A stretch of 64,000 nucleotides of DNA from Nitrospirota bacterium (GCA_963701855.1 CAVPBK010000005.1:224001-288000), one strand, 5' to 3'. Shown: positions 28,082-39,625, counted from the first letter of the stretch. The notes: generated by a model from the sequence alone, not told the origin. Made by a program: numbers and translations.

Positions 28082-28595
28082 GGTCTATCTGGTTGATGAG
28101 GTCTGTCTTGTCTATCTTGTGCGGGACCGGATCGATTGATGAGATAGACCTGATAGGACCGAACAGACGAGACAGACCTGTCTTATGAAAGTCAGCCGTT
28201 TTGAAGATTTGGATTGCTGGAAGGAAGCTCGCCAACTTACCCGACAGGTTTATGAAGCAATAGGGCGAAATCCCCTCTGGCAGAAGGATGTTCGGCTATG
28301 CGGGCAGATTCAAGCAGCATCTGTATCGGTGCTGTCGAACGTAGCTGAAGGATTCGTTCGGCATTCCGATAAAGAATTTGTGCAGTTCTTGTTTATAGCC
28401 ATGTCTTCAGCGGCAGAGACTCAGAGTCATGCCTATGTGGCTCTGGATCAAAAATATCTCTCCCAAGAGAGTTTTGATGCCATCTATGCACAAGCTGGGA
28501 AAACAAGTCGAATCATTTCAGGCCTCATTAAGTATCTCCGAAACAAGGCTGGCAAGACCAGATAGACCAGATAGACCAGATGGACCAGACAGACC
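28082..28595 (+). mobile_element. Nonamer-family cassette enclosing an intact four-helix-bundle gene
   Basis: Left arm GGTCTATCT/GGTCTGTCT 28082-28120; right-type arms at 28141-28179 and (AGACCAGAT)3-GGACCAGAC-AGACC at 28555-28595. Confidence 0.75.
28185..28565 (+). CDS. Four-helix-bundle protein (23S rRNA IVP family), intact
   Basis: RFEDLDCWKEAR, QIQAASVSVLSNVAEGF, EFVQFLFIA.SSAAE, LIKYL. Confidence 0.92.
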   Translation: MKVSRFEDLDCWKEARQLTRQVYEAIGRNPLWQKDVRLCGQIQAASVSVLSNVAEGFVRHSDKEFVQFLFIAMSSAAETQSHAYVALDQKYLSQESFDAIYAQAGKTSRIISGLIKYLRNKAGKTR

Positions 28596-29087
28596 ATTCA
28601 CTGCGTTGGTATGCGTTACGGACGCGGTCGCGTCACGAAAAGATGGTGCGCGACCAGCTTGCGAATCAAGGCATTGAGCCGTTATTGCCGACGGTCAAGC
28701 GAATGAGTCAATGGAAGGATCGGAAGAAAGAAATCGAAGTTCCGCTCTTTTCAGGATACTGCTTCGTCCGCTTTGCATCGGAGCAAAAGTTGCCGGTGCT
28801 CAAGACGATCGGAGTGGTCGACATTGTGGGCAGCCGGCCATTGCCCGGAGGCGATCCCGGACGAGGAGATTGCGGCGATCAAGACCCTGATGACCAGTGT
28901 GCTGCCCTACGATCCACATCCGTATCTGCACGAAGGCATGCAAGTGGAAGTGGTCCGAGGTCCGTTGCAAGGAGTGCACGGGATTCTCTTGCGCAAAGAA
29001 AAACACCATCGCCTCGTGTTGGGAGTCCGACTCATTCAGCAAGCCGCAGCCGTGGAGATCGATGTGAATGATGTGGTGCCGGTGTGA
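28580..29087 (+). pseudogene. UpxY/NusG-family antiterminator, frameshifted near 28835
   Basis: WYALRTRSRHEK, WKDRKK, PLFSGYCFV; KOW domain GMQVEVVRGPLQGVHG in the next frame. Confidence 0.85.
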
Positions 29088-29140
29088 TGGGAATGAAGTT
29101 TGGCGGGGAAATTCCTGTATCATGTAGCTAAGAGGCAGGT

Positions 29141-29545
29141 ATGCAGAAGCAAGACGAGAATCTTACACGATCGATCCTGGCCGTCCTCAACACACAGTCT
29201 GGGATCAGACTAGCCATTCTGTTCGGCTCGCTGGCCGCTGGTCGGGAGCAGGCAGACAGCGATGTGGACCTGGCAGTAGACGCCGGTCACCGCCTCACAG
29301 TCGGAGAGAAGCTGGCTCTGGTGACTGAGCTGGCGGAACGGACGGGTCGCCCGGTTGATCTGGTCGATCTCCACGCCGTTGGGGAACCACTTCTAGGCCA
29401 GATCCTCCGGCATGGGAAAAGATTGTTGGGGAGCGAGACGTGCTACGCCGACCTCATCCGCAGACACCTCTTCGATCAGGCGGACTACCTGCCATACCGC
29501 ACAAGAATCCTTGCTGAAAGGAGGCGGGCATGGATCGGGAAGTAA
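29141..29545 (+). CDS. Minimal nucleotidyltransferase (MntA-type antitoxin)
   Basis: LFGSLAAG...SDVDLAV, VDLVDL. Confidence 0.85.
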   Translation: MQKQDENLTRSILAVLNTQSGIRLAILFGSLAAGREQADSDVDLAVDAGHRLTVGEKLALVTELAERTGRPVDLVDLHAVGEPLLGQILRHGKRLLGSETCYADLIRRHLFDQADYLPYRTRILAERRRAWIGK

Positions 29546-29660
29546 TCGAGCAGAAGCTCGAATCCTTGCGTCGCTGTCTTCATCGTGTCGCGGAGAAATG
29601 TCCATCCGATCCGGTCACCCTGGGTCGTGACCTTGATCTTCAGGATATCGTTACCCTACC
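29530..29660 (+). pseudogene. Truncated HEPN/DUF86 (HepT-type) toxin, N-terminus only
   Basis: MDREVIEQKLESLRRCL..DLDLQDIVTL overlaps the MNT stop; no RxxxxH motif follows. Confidence 0.7.
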
Positions 29661-29833
29661 AAGATGCCGGCTGCTCCGTGTCTTCAACACGAGCCGAAAA
29701 ACAATAGTCATGGCAGCCACAATTTTGTAGACCCGAGACGCGTGCAGCGGCCGCCTGTAACCAACGGCGCCCGTCTGTACACAACACAATTCCGGAAGCA
29801 AAGACATCTTTCCACAGGGTCGCCGCCGCAAAC

Positions 29834-31162
29834 ATGCGCCGGGGCTCAATAAGACTCCCGACACCATTTCCTCTCCCTCTCGTCAGAACGGATTCGCGAA
29901 TGTCATCTTCCGGTGTCTGTGCGCCATCAATTTTTCATAACCGATTCTGGGCTCTGCAGTCAGCGGGATTAGTGCTTGTCGGTTTCGCGAGCTTGTTCCC
30001 ACCCCTCTACCACCTACAAGAGTATGTCTTTCTAGTACTCATGGCGGCAACTGTCCTCATGAGTCTTGGGCAGAAGACCGCACTGTGGATTCGGACACCT
30101 GTCGATCTCCCTCTGGGGTGTTTTCTTCTGTGGGTACTGTGTACCGTTCCGTTTGCAACGGATGTGTCGTACAGTTTCGCGGAGTGGAGGAAATTCCTCA
30201 CCCATGCACTGGTGTTCTACTGGGCGCTCCTCGTTCTCCATCGCTCAGGCCGTGAGTCCTTGCCGAAATATGTGTTGGTGGCTATCGCAGTCGGTGGAAC
30301 CCTGCTTGCGGGATACGCGCTAGTTGATTTTTTCGCGGCGGGAGGAACATGGAGAGATCGGTTGATTCGTGCACGAGCGATTGGATCCGATTATAATTGG
30401 CTTTCCACCTACATGGTCATTGCCATCCCGGTGCTAGGAGGTTTGTGGATCATATCTTATGCTCCATGGGTGCGGGTCACGCAGGTCCTGGCTCTGGTGC
30501 TGACGGGGTTGGCCCAGATATTTTCCTATACGCGCGCGGGGTGGGTAGCCCATGTTGTGCAAGGAGTTGTTCTGACGGTTGTCACGGGGCAGCGCCGTCT
30601 TGCGTTGGCGGTTCTAGGGGTTGGTACGGTCGCTGGATTAGTTTTGGTTCTGGCATTTTTCGCCGGATTTCAAGGAGACACGGTGAACGCGACAACCGTC
30701 GATAGCAGATTGACGGTATGGCGCATCGGGCTGCGAGAGATTCTTGCCCATCCTGTAGTGGGGATCGGCTATGGGAACGATTCATTTGTGAAGAAGTACC
30801 CTGAATACTCACCCCAGGCACAAAGTCACCTTCCTGTACCTGCTCAAGTCCTTCCTGCCATGCACAGTGCATTTCTCATGGTGTCGCTAGGAAGCGGCCT
30901 ACCTGCTCTCGTATGTTTCGTCTGGATCTTTGTGGCCCTACTGTGGCACTTGCTCTCGATTCGGTCTGCTGCTGGTGACAGCAAAGCATGGTCGCTGCTG
31001 GCAGTGGGAATCGGGATTGCGCTTGTGGGGTTTTCCGTGCGCAATATGTTTGATTACATGTTCACGGGCGGTCTGGCGCATTTATTCTGGCTCTTGGCTG
31101 CGGTGGGAGTGACGATCAAGACCTATAATCGTAATCTTAACGTCAGTGTTGTGGAGCAGTAG
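29834..31162 (+). CDS. O-antigen ligase/polymerase family membrane protein (start may be 29900)
   Basis: Many TM segments, YTRAGW, RLTVW, HPVVGIGYG, HSAFL. Confidence 0.8.
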   Translation: MRRGSIRLPTPFPLPLVRTDSRMSSSGVCAPSIFHNRFWALQSAGLVLVGFASLFPPLYHLQEYVFLVLMAATVLMSLGQKTALWIRTPVDLPLGCFLLWVLCTVPFATDVSYSFAEWRKFLTHALVFYWALLVLHRSGRESLPKYVLVAIAVGGTLLAGYALVDFFAAGGTWRDRLIRARAIGSDYNWLSTYMVIAIPVLGGLWIISYAPWVRVTQVLALVLTGLAQIFSYTRAGWVAHVVQGVVLTVVTGQRRLALAVLGVGTVAGLVLVLAFFAGFQGDTVNATTVDSRLTVWRIGLREILAHPVVGIGYGNDSFVKKYPEYSPQAQSHLPVPAQVLPAMHSAFLMVSLGSGLPALVCFVWIFVALLWHLLSIRSAAGDSKAWSLLAVGIGIALVGFSVRNMFDYMFTGGLAHLFWLLAAVGVTIKTYNRNLNVSVVEQ

Positions 31163-31339
31163 CATTCGACTCGTGCCGTTCTATCGAATTCTTCGGCTCC
31201 CGATATCAGCCGCACAGCGCAGCACATTGAGTTCCGAGGCGCTATCAGGTTCCAGAGAGGAAATTCCTGACACTGGAACTTGATCACGTCAGTGGTGGGT
31301 GACCGGACCATTCGACTCGTGCCGTTCCCTCCTATGGTC

Positions 31340-31495
31340 TTCGTCGAAGGCATGATGGTAAAAGTGAGATGGCCGCTGCAAGGAGTGCATGGGATTCTTT
31401 CCCACGAAGTAAGACTACATCAGCTGATGATCGCGGTAAGGCTGATCCAGCAAGCAGCTGCTGTTCGAATAGATCTGAATGATGTCGTGCAGTTT
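31340..31495 (+). pseudogene. Remnant duplicate of the UpxY KOW domain
   Basis: EGMMVKVRWPLQGVHGIL..VRLIQQAAAVRIDLNDVV versus EGMQVEVVRGPLQGVHGIL..VRLIQQAAAVEIDVNDVV at 28930-29087. Confidence 0.8.
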
Positions 31496-31631
31496 AGTCT
31501 GCGGTCAGTTCCTGGACTGCGATGCTGTGAACGCCTCCTTGAGCACCTCAACATTTTCAATAGTCACAATCTGTGCGAAACGATGCTGATGCAAGAGGCG
31601 GGGTTGAGTATTTAATGATTGGGCATACCGG

Positions 31632-32983
31632 ATGAGTCTCACGCCTGCAAGCTGGTTGCGTTATCTGCCCGCCCCTTTTCGGGTCAGAATCGAGCACCGT
31701 CTCAACCTGCAAAAGATTCTCGTCAATATCGGCTGGCTGTTTGGTGACAAAATTTTGCGAATGGGCGTCGGGTTGTTGGTGGGGGGATGGGTTGCCCGCT
31801 ACCTAGGCCCTGAGCAATTCGGGCTGATGAGCTACGCTATGGCACTATTGTCACCCGGGTTAGTTCAGTGGGCAACCTGGGACTTTATACTATTGTTGTG
31901 CGCGATCTAGCAAGGAACCGGATACTTCAGATGTCATCCTGGGCACTGCTTTCCTATTACAGGTCATTGGCGGCGTTTTTGTTTTTGTTCTTGCCGTGAT
32001 CGCCATCAGTATTGCTCGGCCCGACGACGAACTGGCCAAGCTCATGGTGGCTGTGCTGGGCTTTGCCATGGTATTTAAAGCTACCGAGGTGGTGAAATAC
32101 TGGTTTGAATCCCAAGTCAAATCCAAGTACACCATCTGGGTCGAAAACGGCGTTTTCCTTGTCCTCGCCGCCATCAGGGTCGGCCTCATTCTGGCCCAGG
32201 CATCGCTCTTGGCCTTTGTGTGGGCGGCGTTTGCCGAAGGGCTTCTGGTAGCTGTGGGCTTGCTGTGGGTGTATGTATGGCGGGGCGGCGTCTTGGCTGT
32301 ATGGCGTATACGATACAGTCGCGCGAATGCCCTGCTCAAGGACAGTTGGCCACTAATTTTTTCCGGTCTGGCCATCATGGTCTACATGCGCATTGACCAG
32401 ATCATGCTGGGACAGATGCTCGGTGACAAGGCAGTGGGCATATACACTGCAGCCGTGCGGATTAGCGAAGTTTGGTACTTCATCCCGATGGCCATCGTTG
32501 CGTCGGTGTTTCCTTCGATTATCGTGTCCAAAAAACAAAGCGAAGCACTGTATTACCAGAGGTTGCAGAAACTCTATGACCTCATGGTTTTGTTGGCCTT
32601 GGTGGTGGCGATACCGATGGCCGTTCTGTCGGATTGGTTGGTTGTTTCGCTCTTTGGGGATGAGATGCGCAAGCCGGTGCAGTGCTAGCATTGCATATCT
32701 GGACCGGCCCGTTCGGGTCTTTATCGGTTTGGCCAGCGGTAGGTGGTATCTGACCGAAAACCTCCAAATGCTCGCCTTAAATAGAGCCCTCCTAGGTGCT
32801 GTTGTAAATATTCTGGCTAATCTGCTTCTGATTCCGGAGTATGGAATCGTCGGTGCGGCGATGGGGACAGTGCTGTCGCAGATGGCGGCATCCTATCTTT
32901 TTGATTTCTTTACCCCAAGACGCGAAATACTTTTTGGATGAAAACAAAATCCTTTGTGCCATTTTATCGATACAAATTTTACA
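31632..32983 (+). pseudogene. Wzx flippase with several frameshifts; IS30 at its 3' end
   Basis: NIGWLFGDKILRM, ARYLGPEQFG, YMRIDQIML, VGIYTAAVRISE, LIPEYGIVGAA in different frames. Confidence 0.85.
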
Positions 32984-34065
32984 GGTCTTGAGTTCTAACT
33001 CCAAGTGCAACACTACAGGCCCTGATGGGCTATGGTGTTGCCATGCCAACAAGATGCTACAGACACATGAGTGCCGAAGACCGTGAGACCTTGAGTCTGG
33101 GCCTGGCCCACGGCCATTCGCTCCGGACGATGGCGAGGGTGTTGGGACGCGCGCCCAGCACCCTGAGCCGCGAGTCGGCCCGCAACACCACGCGGGGCCG
33201 CCCCTATCGTGCCTGCACGGCGCAGACGCGGGCGGCCGCCCGGGCCCGTCAGCCGCGGCGACCGCGCAAACTCCTGGATCCCTGGCTGTGGCAGTATGTG
33301 CAGGACCCAGCTGGCCCAGGGCTGCTCGCCCGAACAGATTGCCGGGCGCCTCCGACGCGCGTATCCTGACGACATGCGGAAACAGCTCTCGGCCGAGACC
33401 ATCTATGTGGGGCTGTATGTGTTGCCCCGCGGCACCCTGCGGAGCGCACTGTTGGCCGCGCTGCGTCAGGCGCGCAAGGCGCGCCGGCCTCGGGCGCGAG
33501 GGACGGATCGACGCGGCCAGATCCCCAACATGACGCCGATTGCCGAGCGTCCCGCCGAGGTGGCCACCCGCACGGTGCCCGGCCACTGGGAAGGCGACCT
33601 CATCAAGGGGGCCCGCAATGGCTCGGCCGTCGGCACCCTGGTGGAGCGGACGACGCGCCTGGTCATCCTGGCCAGGATGGACGGGACGGATGCGACGAGT
33701 GCCCGAGCAGGGCTTCACGAAGAAACTCCGGCACGTGCCCGCGCTGCTGCGCAAAACCCTGACCTATGATCGGGGGAAAGAGATGGCCGAGCATGAGCGC
33801 TTGGCCGAGCGGCTCGCGATCCAGATCTTCTTTGCCGATCCGTACAGCCCGTGGCAACGCGGCACCAACGAAAACACGAATGGCCTGCTGCGCCAGTACT
33901 TGCCCAAGGGCACGGACTTGTCGGGCTACACCCAGCGCGAGTTGAACGCCATCGCCCATCGGCTGAACACGCGCCCCAGAAAATGTCTGAACTTTGCCAC
34001 GCCCCTGGAAGTCTATGCGCACCTGCGCCATCATTCACCCGTTGCACTTGGAACTTGAAACCGCC
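32984..34065 (+). mobile_element. IS30-family insertion sequence (left end approximate)
   Basis: IR core TCCAAGTGCAAC / GTTGCACTTGGA; IS30 transposase motifs. Confidence 0.88.
33043..34058 (+). pseudogene. IS30 transposase with two frameshifts
   Basis: LGRAPSTLSRE, SPEQIAGRL, GHWEGDLI, TYDRGKEM, PWQRGTNENTNGLLRQYLPK. Confidence 0.88.
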
Positions 34066-34254
34066 GGTTCTAATGTTTAGACATTAGCCGTGCTTGTAAT
34101 GAGGTTCACTCAAATCCGCTCTCAGTTGACCTTCCATTGCCTGCGGACCACCTGAAGCAATGCCAACCGGACATCCGCTTGGTCTAGTTGCATAGATGGA
34201 CATCAAAGGTTGGGCGGCCACTCGACCTCATTAGAAAGTCGACTAACTTACCCT

Positions 34255-35260
34255 ATGTTTGCCGAGGATTTTTCTTTCAAACCGCCTGGTCCCTTACAAA
34301 CTGCAGTCCTATTGTTGGCATTCAATCGACCAGACGTTACATCGAGGGTCTTTGAAGTGATTATGAGCGTCAAGCCGCCACGTTTGTACGTGGCCGCTGA
34401 CGGACCAAGGGCGAATCGACCAGATGAGTTTGCTAAGTGTAGCGAGGTAAGGGCGATCGTTTCGAAGGTCGATTGGCCCTGTGAGGTTAAGACACTCTTC
34501 CAGATAGAAAATCTGGGCTGCAAGCTTGCGGTCAGTTCAGCGATTACTTGGTTCTTCAAGCAAGAGGAAGAAGGAATCGTTCTTGAAGACGATTGCTTGC
34601 CGAGTCTAAGCTTCTTTTGGTTCTGTCAAGAGTTGCTGGAGCGGTATCGCCATGATACCCGAATTTGGCAAATTTGTGGATTCAATCCCGTGGCGGCGGG
34701 TAATAGTCAGGGAGAAGATTACTATTTCACAAAAAATGGTCCTGTATGGGGCTGGGCCTCATGGAGGCGTGCCTGGTCTGTATACGACGTTAGCATGTCT
34801 TGTTGGCCAGATGTGAGAAGGAAGGAGCTTTATCGGGCTTTCTGCAATTCCCCAAAAGAGGCGCTTTGGCGACGTAAGTTATATGACAAGGTCTTTTCAG
34901 GAGAGATTAATACTTGGGACTACCAATGGGGTTTCTCTAAGTTCATAAACAGCTGGGCTTTGTGTTTCTCCCACAAAGAATCTGATTACAAATATTGGAT
35001 TTAGTGAAGAAGCAACTCATACAAAGAAAGGCATCCTGTATCCAAGCGGGGAACGCGGTTGGCCCTTGAGGCACCCCACATATGTGATAAGATCGTTAGA
35101 AAAGGAGCGTGAATTTTTCAGCATTTTGTCCTGCCTGGAGGATGGTTGTCTCGAATCTGGCGCTCCTAATGCGCTTGAAAGAGTGCAACCCCCACATAGA
35201 CGAATCTGTGGGGAGGCGATGAGCAACTGTTCAACGTGGTGGTGGGTTATGATGTTCTAG
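34255..35260 (+). pseudogene. GT-A fold nucleotide-diphospho-sugar transferase, frameshifted near 34965
   Basis: AFNRPD, AADGPR, IVLEDDC, WGWASWRRAW, TWDYQW; NLITNIGF..ATHT lies in another frame. Confidence 0.75.
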
Positions 35261-35589
35261 CCGTCCACGTTGCCGCGGTGCGTATATCAAAGAGTTCATT
35301 ACAAGGCGATGTGATTCCAATTGTCCCGGCCGTTAATGAAGCCAGAGACATGCGAAACTCTGGGAGTCAATGATCCTGCTTGCCCTAGCTCGTATTCATT
35401 GATGACTCGCTGTGTGACTGGTGGTGGGAGTGGGGAATTGTAATAGGCTGATCTGAATCGAATCCTTCTTCATGTTTTCACGAGAAATATAAAACGTGCC
35501 ATTCTGGACGAACACGAGTGGGCTCTTCATGCAAAAGATGATGTCGTGGCCAGAAGCCCCTACTCGAACGCTACAGGTCCGAGAGCGAT

Positions 35590-36320
35590 TCGTCACAAAG
35601 GCGCTCCTTCAAGGATGTCGGCCGTAGGGTCTATCCCCAATACGACGAAGACAGCATCCTTCTTTATACATTCGGCTTCATTGGTAGCACACCTATTGTG
35701 CAGTAGAAATCTGAGCCGGAGATGGTATCGAGTGCAACACGGCCAATCTACTGCTGAATCATCGTTGAACCGGACTGCTGGTAGATGGCAATGCGGAAAA
35801 TGTGCGGCGCGCAAGGGATTTCTATCGCGCCAGGGCGGAGACGAGACATTGGCCATCCGATATCGCTCAAGCATGGCTAGCTAGAGGGACCTCAACGAGG
35901 TTATTGTAAACGCCGGCTACTCAGGCGAGATTGAGCTGCTGTCGCTGGACGTGGATGGAGTGGACTTCTGGCTTTGGGAGGGGCTTTCAGTCGCGCATCC
36001 GAGAGTGGTGGTTTTGGAGTACAACTGTCTTCTCAAGCCAAATGTGTCATTGTCCATCCCCTGCCGTCTCGATTTCGTCGCCGAGCTCACCAAGTACGGC
36101 AGCGACTATGCGGGCGCATCGCTCCAGGGGGTTCATCAGCTCTGGCCGCCGAAAGGGATATCGTTTTGTTGGGACCAACGTATTCCTTGTGCGGAACGAA
36201 ATCTCGCCAACTCTGCTTCCTGACGCCAACTCGCTAGTAGCGTTTAATCACCCCGTGCGAAGTTCGGGGATGAGCGGTAGATATCAAGCTATCAAGGACA
36301 AGGAGTGGGTGCAAGTCTGA
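35590..36320 (+). pseudogene. Degraded FkbM-like/methyltransferase-fold protein
   Basis: Fragments VYPQYDEDSIL, ELLSLDVDGVDFWLW, PRVVVLEYN, YAGASL, KGYRFVGTN..FLVR in several frames. Confidence 0.55.
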
Positions 36321-36370
36321 GCTCCCTTCGTGGTCCCATCCTGATTTTTTCTATAAAAGAGTCCCATAAA

Positions 36371-37478
36371 GTGCGAGTTACTCTTATCACCACGATTGTG
36401 CACAATATCGGTGACGATTTTGTGCGGGAAGGTATCCTGCATTGCTCGACTCGATCGGAGTGCTAGATAGTGCAGAATTCATTCACAAGCACTCACCAAT
36501 CACGGCGGTGTATGGCTTCGAGAAGTATCGTAGGTACCGTGTTTCGAGGGCATTAGATCCTGCCACTCGCGTTTTGCGACTGAAGGACCGGGTGAGTGAG
36601 GCCGATGTCCTAGTACAGAGCGGCGCACCCGTTTACTGGTGTCATCTGAACGGGCCTCACTGTTCTGACAACGAGTGGTTCGATCCCCTAATCCGAAAGC
36701 GTTTCCTGCCAGATCGCCGCGGGCGGGCGTTTCTGAACGTCGCCGGTGGAAGTTGCCAGCGGTATCACTCCGACGGAAGCGAGATCTCCTCGTGCCAAAA
36801 GTGCGGCGACTACGTCCGTGAGTTTTTTGATGCGTGCGCACTCACGATCCTTCGGGATCGTTTGGCGCGTGCGATGTTGAACCGCGTCGGTCGGGACGCA
36901 CAAATTCTACCTTGTACTTCTATTTTCGCGAGGGACCGCTTGGCTTGACGCCGCAACCAGGCGAATTTGTGGTAATTAATTGTATGGAGAACGGGGGGCA
37001 TTACACCTTCGGGCAGGCAATTGACGGAGCTCGTTGGAGGCGGCAGTTTCAAGACATTGCCCAGCTGGTGAAAAAGATGGGCAGAGTGGTGGTTGCCTGC
37101 CATAACAAGGAGGAAGAGAGATTGGCAAAGATGCTTGTGCCGGACCTAGAGCGTTTCCTAGTTCCCAATGATCACTTGGAGTTTATGAAGTTTTATGCTC
37201 GTGCAAGATTCGGAGTCGTAAACAGAGTTCACGCGGGATTTATGATGGCATCGTTCGGTAAGCCAGTTGCCGTGATCGGTAACGATAGTCGTGCGCGAAT
37301 GATAGAGAGTCTCTCTTTGCAGTCGCATTTTGTGGGCGATATTGAATCGGAGTCAATTGAGAAAGTTGTAGAGTCTGTGAGTGCAAGAGAATTTTCGTAT
37401 TCAGATGAGGTCGACGCGATTCGATCAGAATCTCGAAGAGAATATCTCAGAGTTCTGGAAGCTGCCTTGCTTCGGTGA
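36371..37478 (+). pseudogene. Polysaccharide pyruvyl-transferase-like protein, frameshifted
   Basis: HNIGDDFVREG, LRDRLA, NRVHAG..FGKP..DSR across three frames. Confidence 0.6.
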
Positions 37479-37548
37479 GATGTTTAGTGCACGTGCGTAT
37501 AGAAACTTTAGTCAATGCCTTCGTAGCTCGACATATTAACTGATTTGT

Positions 37549-38776
37549 ATGGCTAGGCGGTTGCGAATACTTCTGAGTCACATGCGCAACTTAGTTTGGG
37601 CAGTGATGGATGGTGTGGTGATACGTTTGATAAGGCCTGCCGCGTCTCAGTCTCGTATGCTGATAATCCGACCAGACGCCATAGGAGATTTTGTCTTGTG
37701 GTTGAACGCCGGACGAGAACTATGCGCGCACTCTCAAAAACAGGGTTATTCGGTAGTCCTGATCGGTAACGCCGTACTGGCAAATGGGCGAGTGATCTTG
37801 GATTGGGCGACGAAGTGTGGGCTCTGGATACGGATCGCTTTTTATACAACCTGCGGTATCGGTGGAGCTGGCTTAGGCGCCTGCGTAGGGCAGGATTTGC
37901 AAAGGTTATTCATCCCGTCCATTCCCGTGTTTTTCTCGTTGGTGATGCCTTGGTACGGGCGGCTAACGCGGCGGAACGCGTCGCACCTGAGGGGGATTAC
38001 AGTAACACCACCTTCTGGCAAAAGCACTGGAGCGACAGATGGTATTCACGACTAATCCCCGAAACCTCAAAGGAGTCGATGGAGCTTCTGCGGCATGCAG
38101 AATTTATGCGTGGTCTTGGGTTGTCGAGCTTTGTGGCGCAGGTTCCAAAGTTGCCATACGCAAAAGCGGTGTCAGGATTTAGTTCGGTTTCTAAACCGTA
38201 TGCCGTTTTGTTTGTAGGGGGTAGTTGGGAGGGAAAAGTATGGCAAGCGAGAAATTTTGGGGAAATTGGCTTGCGCTTGCGAGAAGGTGGAGTCAATATC
38301 GTGCTAGCTGGTGGTCCTTTGGATCGCGTTCAGGCGACAAAAACATTAGATTATTTGAGTGGGAATGCAATTGATCTTATTGAAAAGACGAGCCTTAGCG
38401 AGCTCGCGGAATTCTGCGAAATGCGGTGGTGGTTCTGAGTAATGATACAAGTGCAGTGCACATCGGGGCGGCAGTCGGCGCGCCAGTGGTGTGCATTCTG
38501 GGTGGCGGACACTACGGTCGGTTCTTGCCGTATGTCGTTGAGAAACAGGAACCGTCTTGCCCAACACCTATTGTGGTGATGCAACCCATGTCATGTTTCG
38601 GTTGCAACTGGCGGTGCATTCATCCCCGAAAACGGGGAGAGGCTGTGAAGTGCATAAGTGATATCTCAGTGGAACAAGTGTGGCGCCAATTGGAGGGGGT
38701 TTTGCCGGCGTGGAATCGAGAAAGGACCGGGTCAGGCAAGATTCGTAGCTGGCCGAAAGAAGAGGCGTGGAAGTGA
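37549..38776 (+). pseudogene. GT9 glycosyltransferase with two frameshifts
   Basis: IRPDAIGDFVL, KVW, NDTSAVHIGAAVG, GGGHYGRF, CFGCNWRC. Confidence 0.78.
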
Positions 38777-39175
38777 TCGGCATTGCCTTTTGCCGCACTC
38801 TTATTTGCTCTTGGCCAGGGAAGCAGAGAAGTTATTGCACAGGTGAATCTTGAGGTTGTAAACCTTGGCTATCTCGCTGACGCTAGTTTTTGTTTGCAAG
38901 TGGCCTACTCCGCCGTCGATGTCTTTGTAGCCCCCCGCATTTTATAGAAGCGTTCGGAAAAACTATTGCAGAAGCGATGGTCTCTGGCACAGTCGGCTGT
39001 GGCGATTCGGTCAGGCAGAGCATCCGCGTCGCGCGTTGGGAGATCGTCTTGGCGAGATCGAACTAAACAGATCCGGCAACTTGGTCAGTAGTTCGATCCT
39101 TCCCATGCTTACATCGCAAGTAGTGCGACGCCTGAATATGCTTATCTTGGACATGAGTCGGCTCTGCTGATCACG

Positions 39176-39469
39176 TTGGACTCGGTTGTGCAGCTTTCTT
39201 TCGAATGTGCTCAGGCGCCGTTTCTCAAAATTGATACACAGGGTTATAAATGGCATGTCCTCGACGGAGGGATTGAAACATCGCCAAAGGTACGTGGAGT
39301 CCAGATGGAGTTATCCCTGGTTCCGCTGTACGATGGTCAGCGTATCAGGCGCGAGTGCATTGAACGCCTGGAAGCAGAAGGTATTGTGGTGTGGGCGCTA
39401 TATCCAGTGTTCGTCGATCCAGTGAATGGGCGCACTCTGCAATGGGATGGATTGTTCTTCCGGCTATGA
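39176..39469 (+). pseudogene. FkbM-family methyltransferase, C-terminal fragment
   Basis: LKIDTQGY, ELSLVPLYDGQ, GRTLQWDGLF; N-terminus missing. Confidence 0.7.
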
Positions 39470-39625
39470 ACCTTTATGAAGGCTGGAGTGCAGGGGTTGA
39501 AGAATCGGAGTGATTTGAAACGCTCACGTCAAGTTGACACCCCATTTGAATGGGATCAGATGCTAGAGTTCCCGAACCAAACTTAGATTGCATAAAGCAA
39601 TGTTCTGACGTAGGTAGCATACGAA

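Noticed and set aside
28185..28565. rRNA intervening sequence or ribosomal protein annotation
   Set aside because: No rRNA sequence surrounds these genes; the family name is historical.
32792..33754. 320-aa minus-strand ORF
   Set aside because: Antisense shadow of the GC-rich IS30 transposase, with no recognisable motifs.
38800..39010. GT4 gene remnant (VAYSAVDVFVAP..EAFGKTIAEAM)
   Set aside because: Probably real debris, but too fragmentary to assign boundaries.
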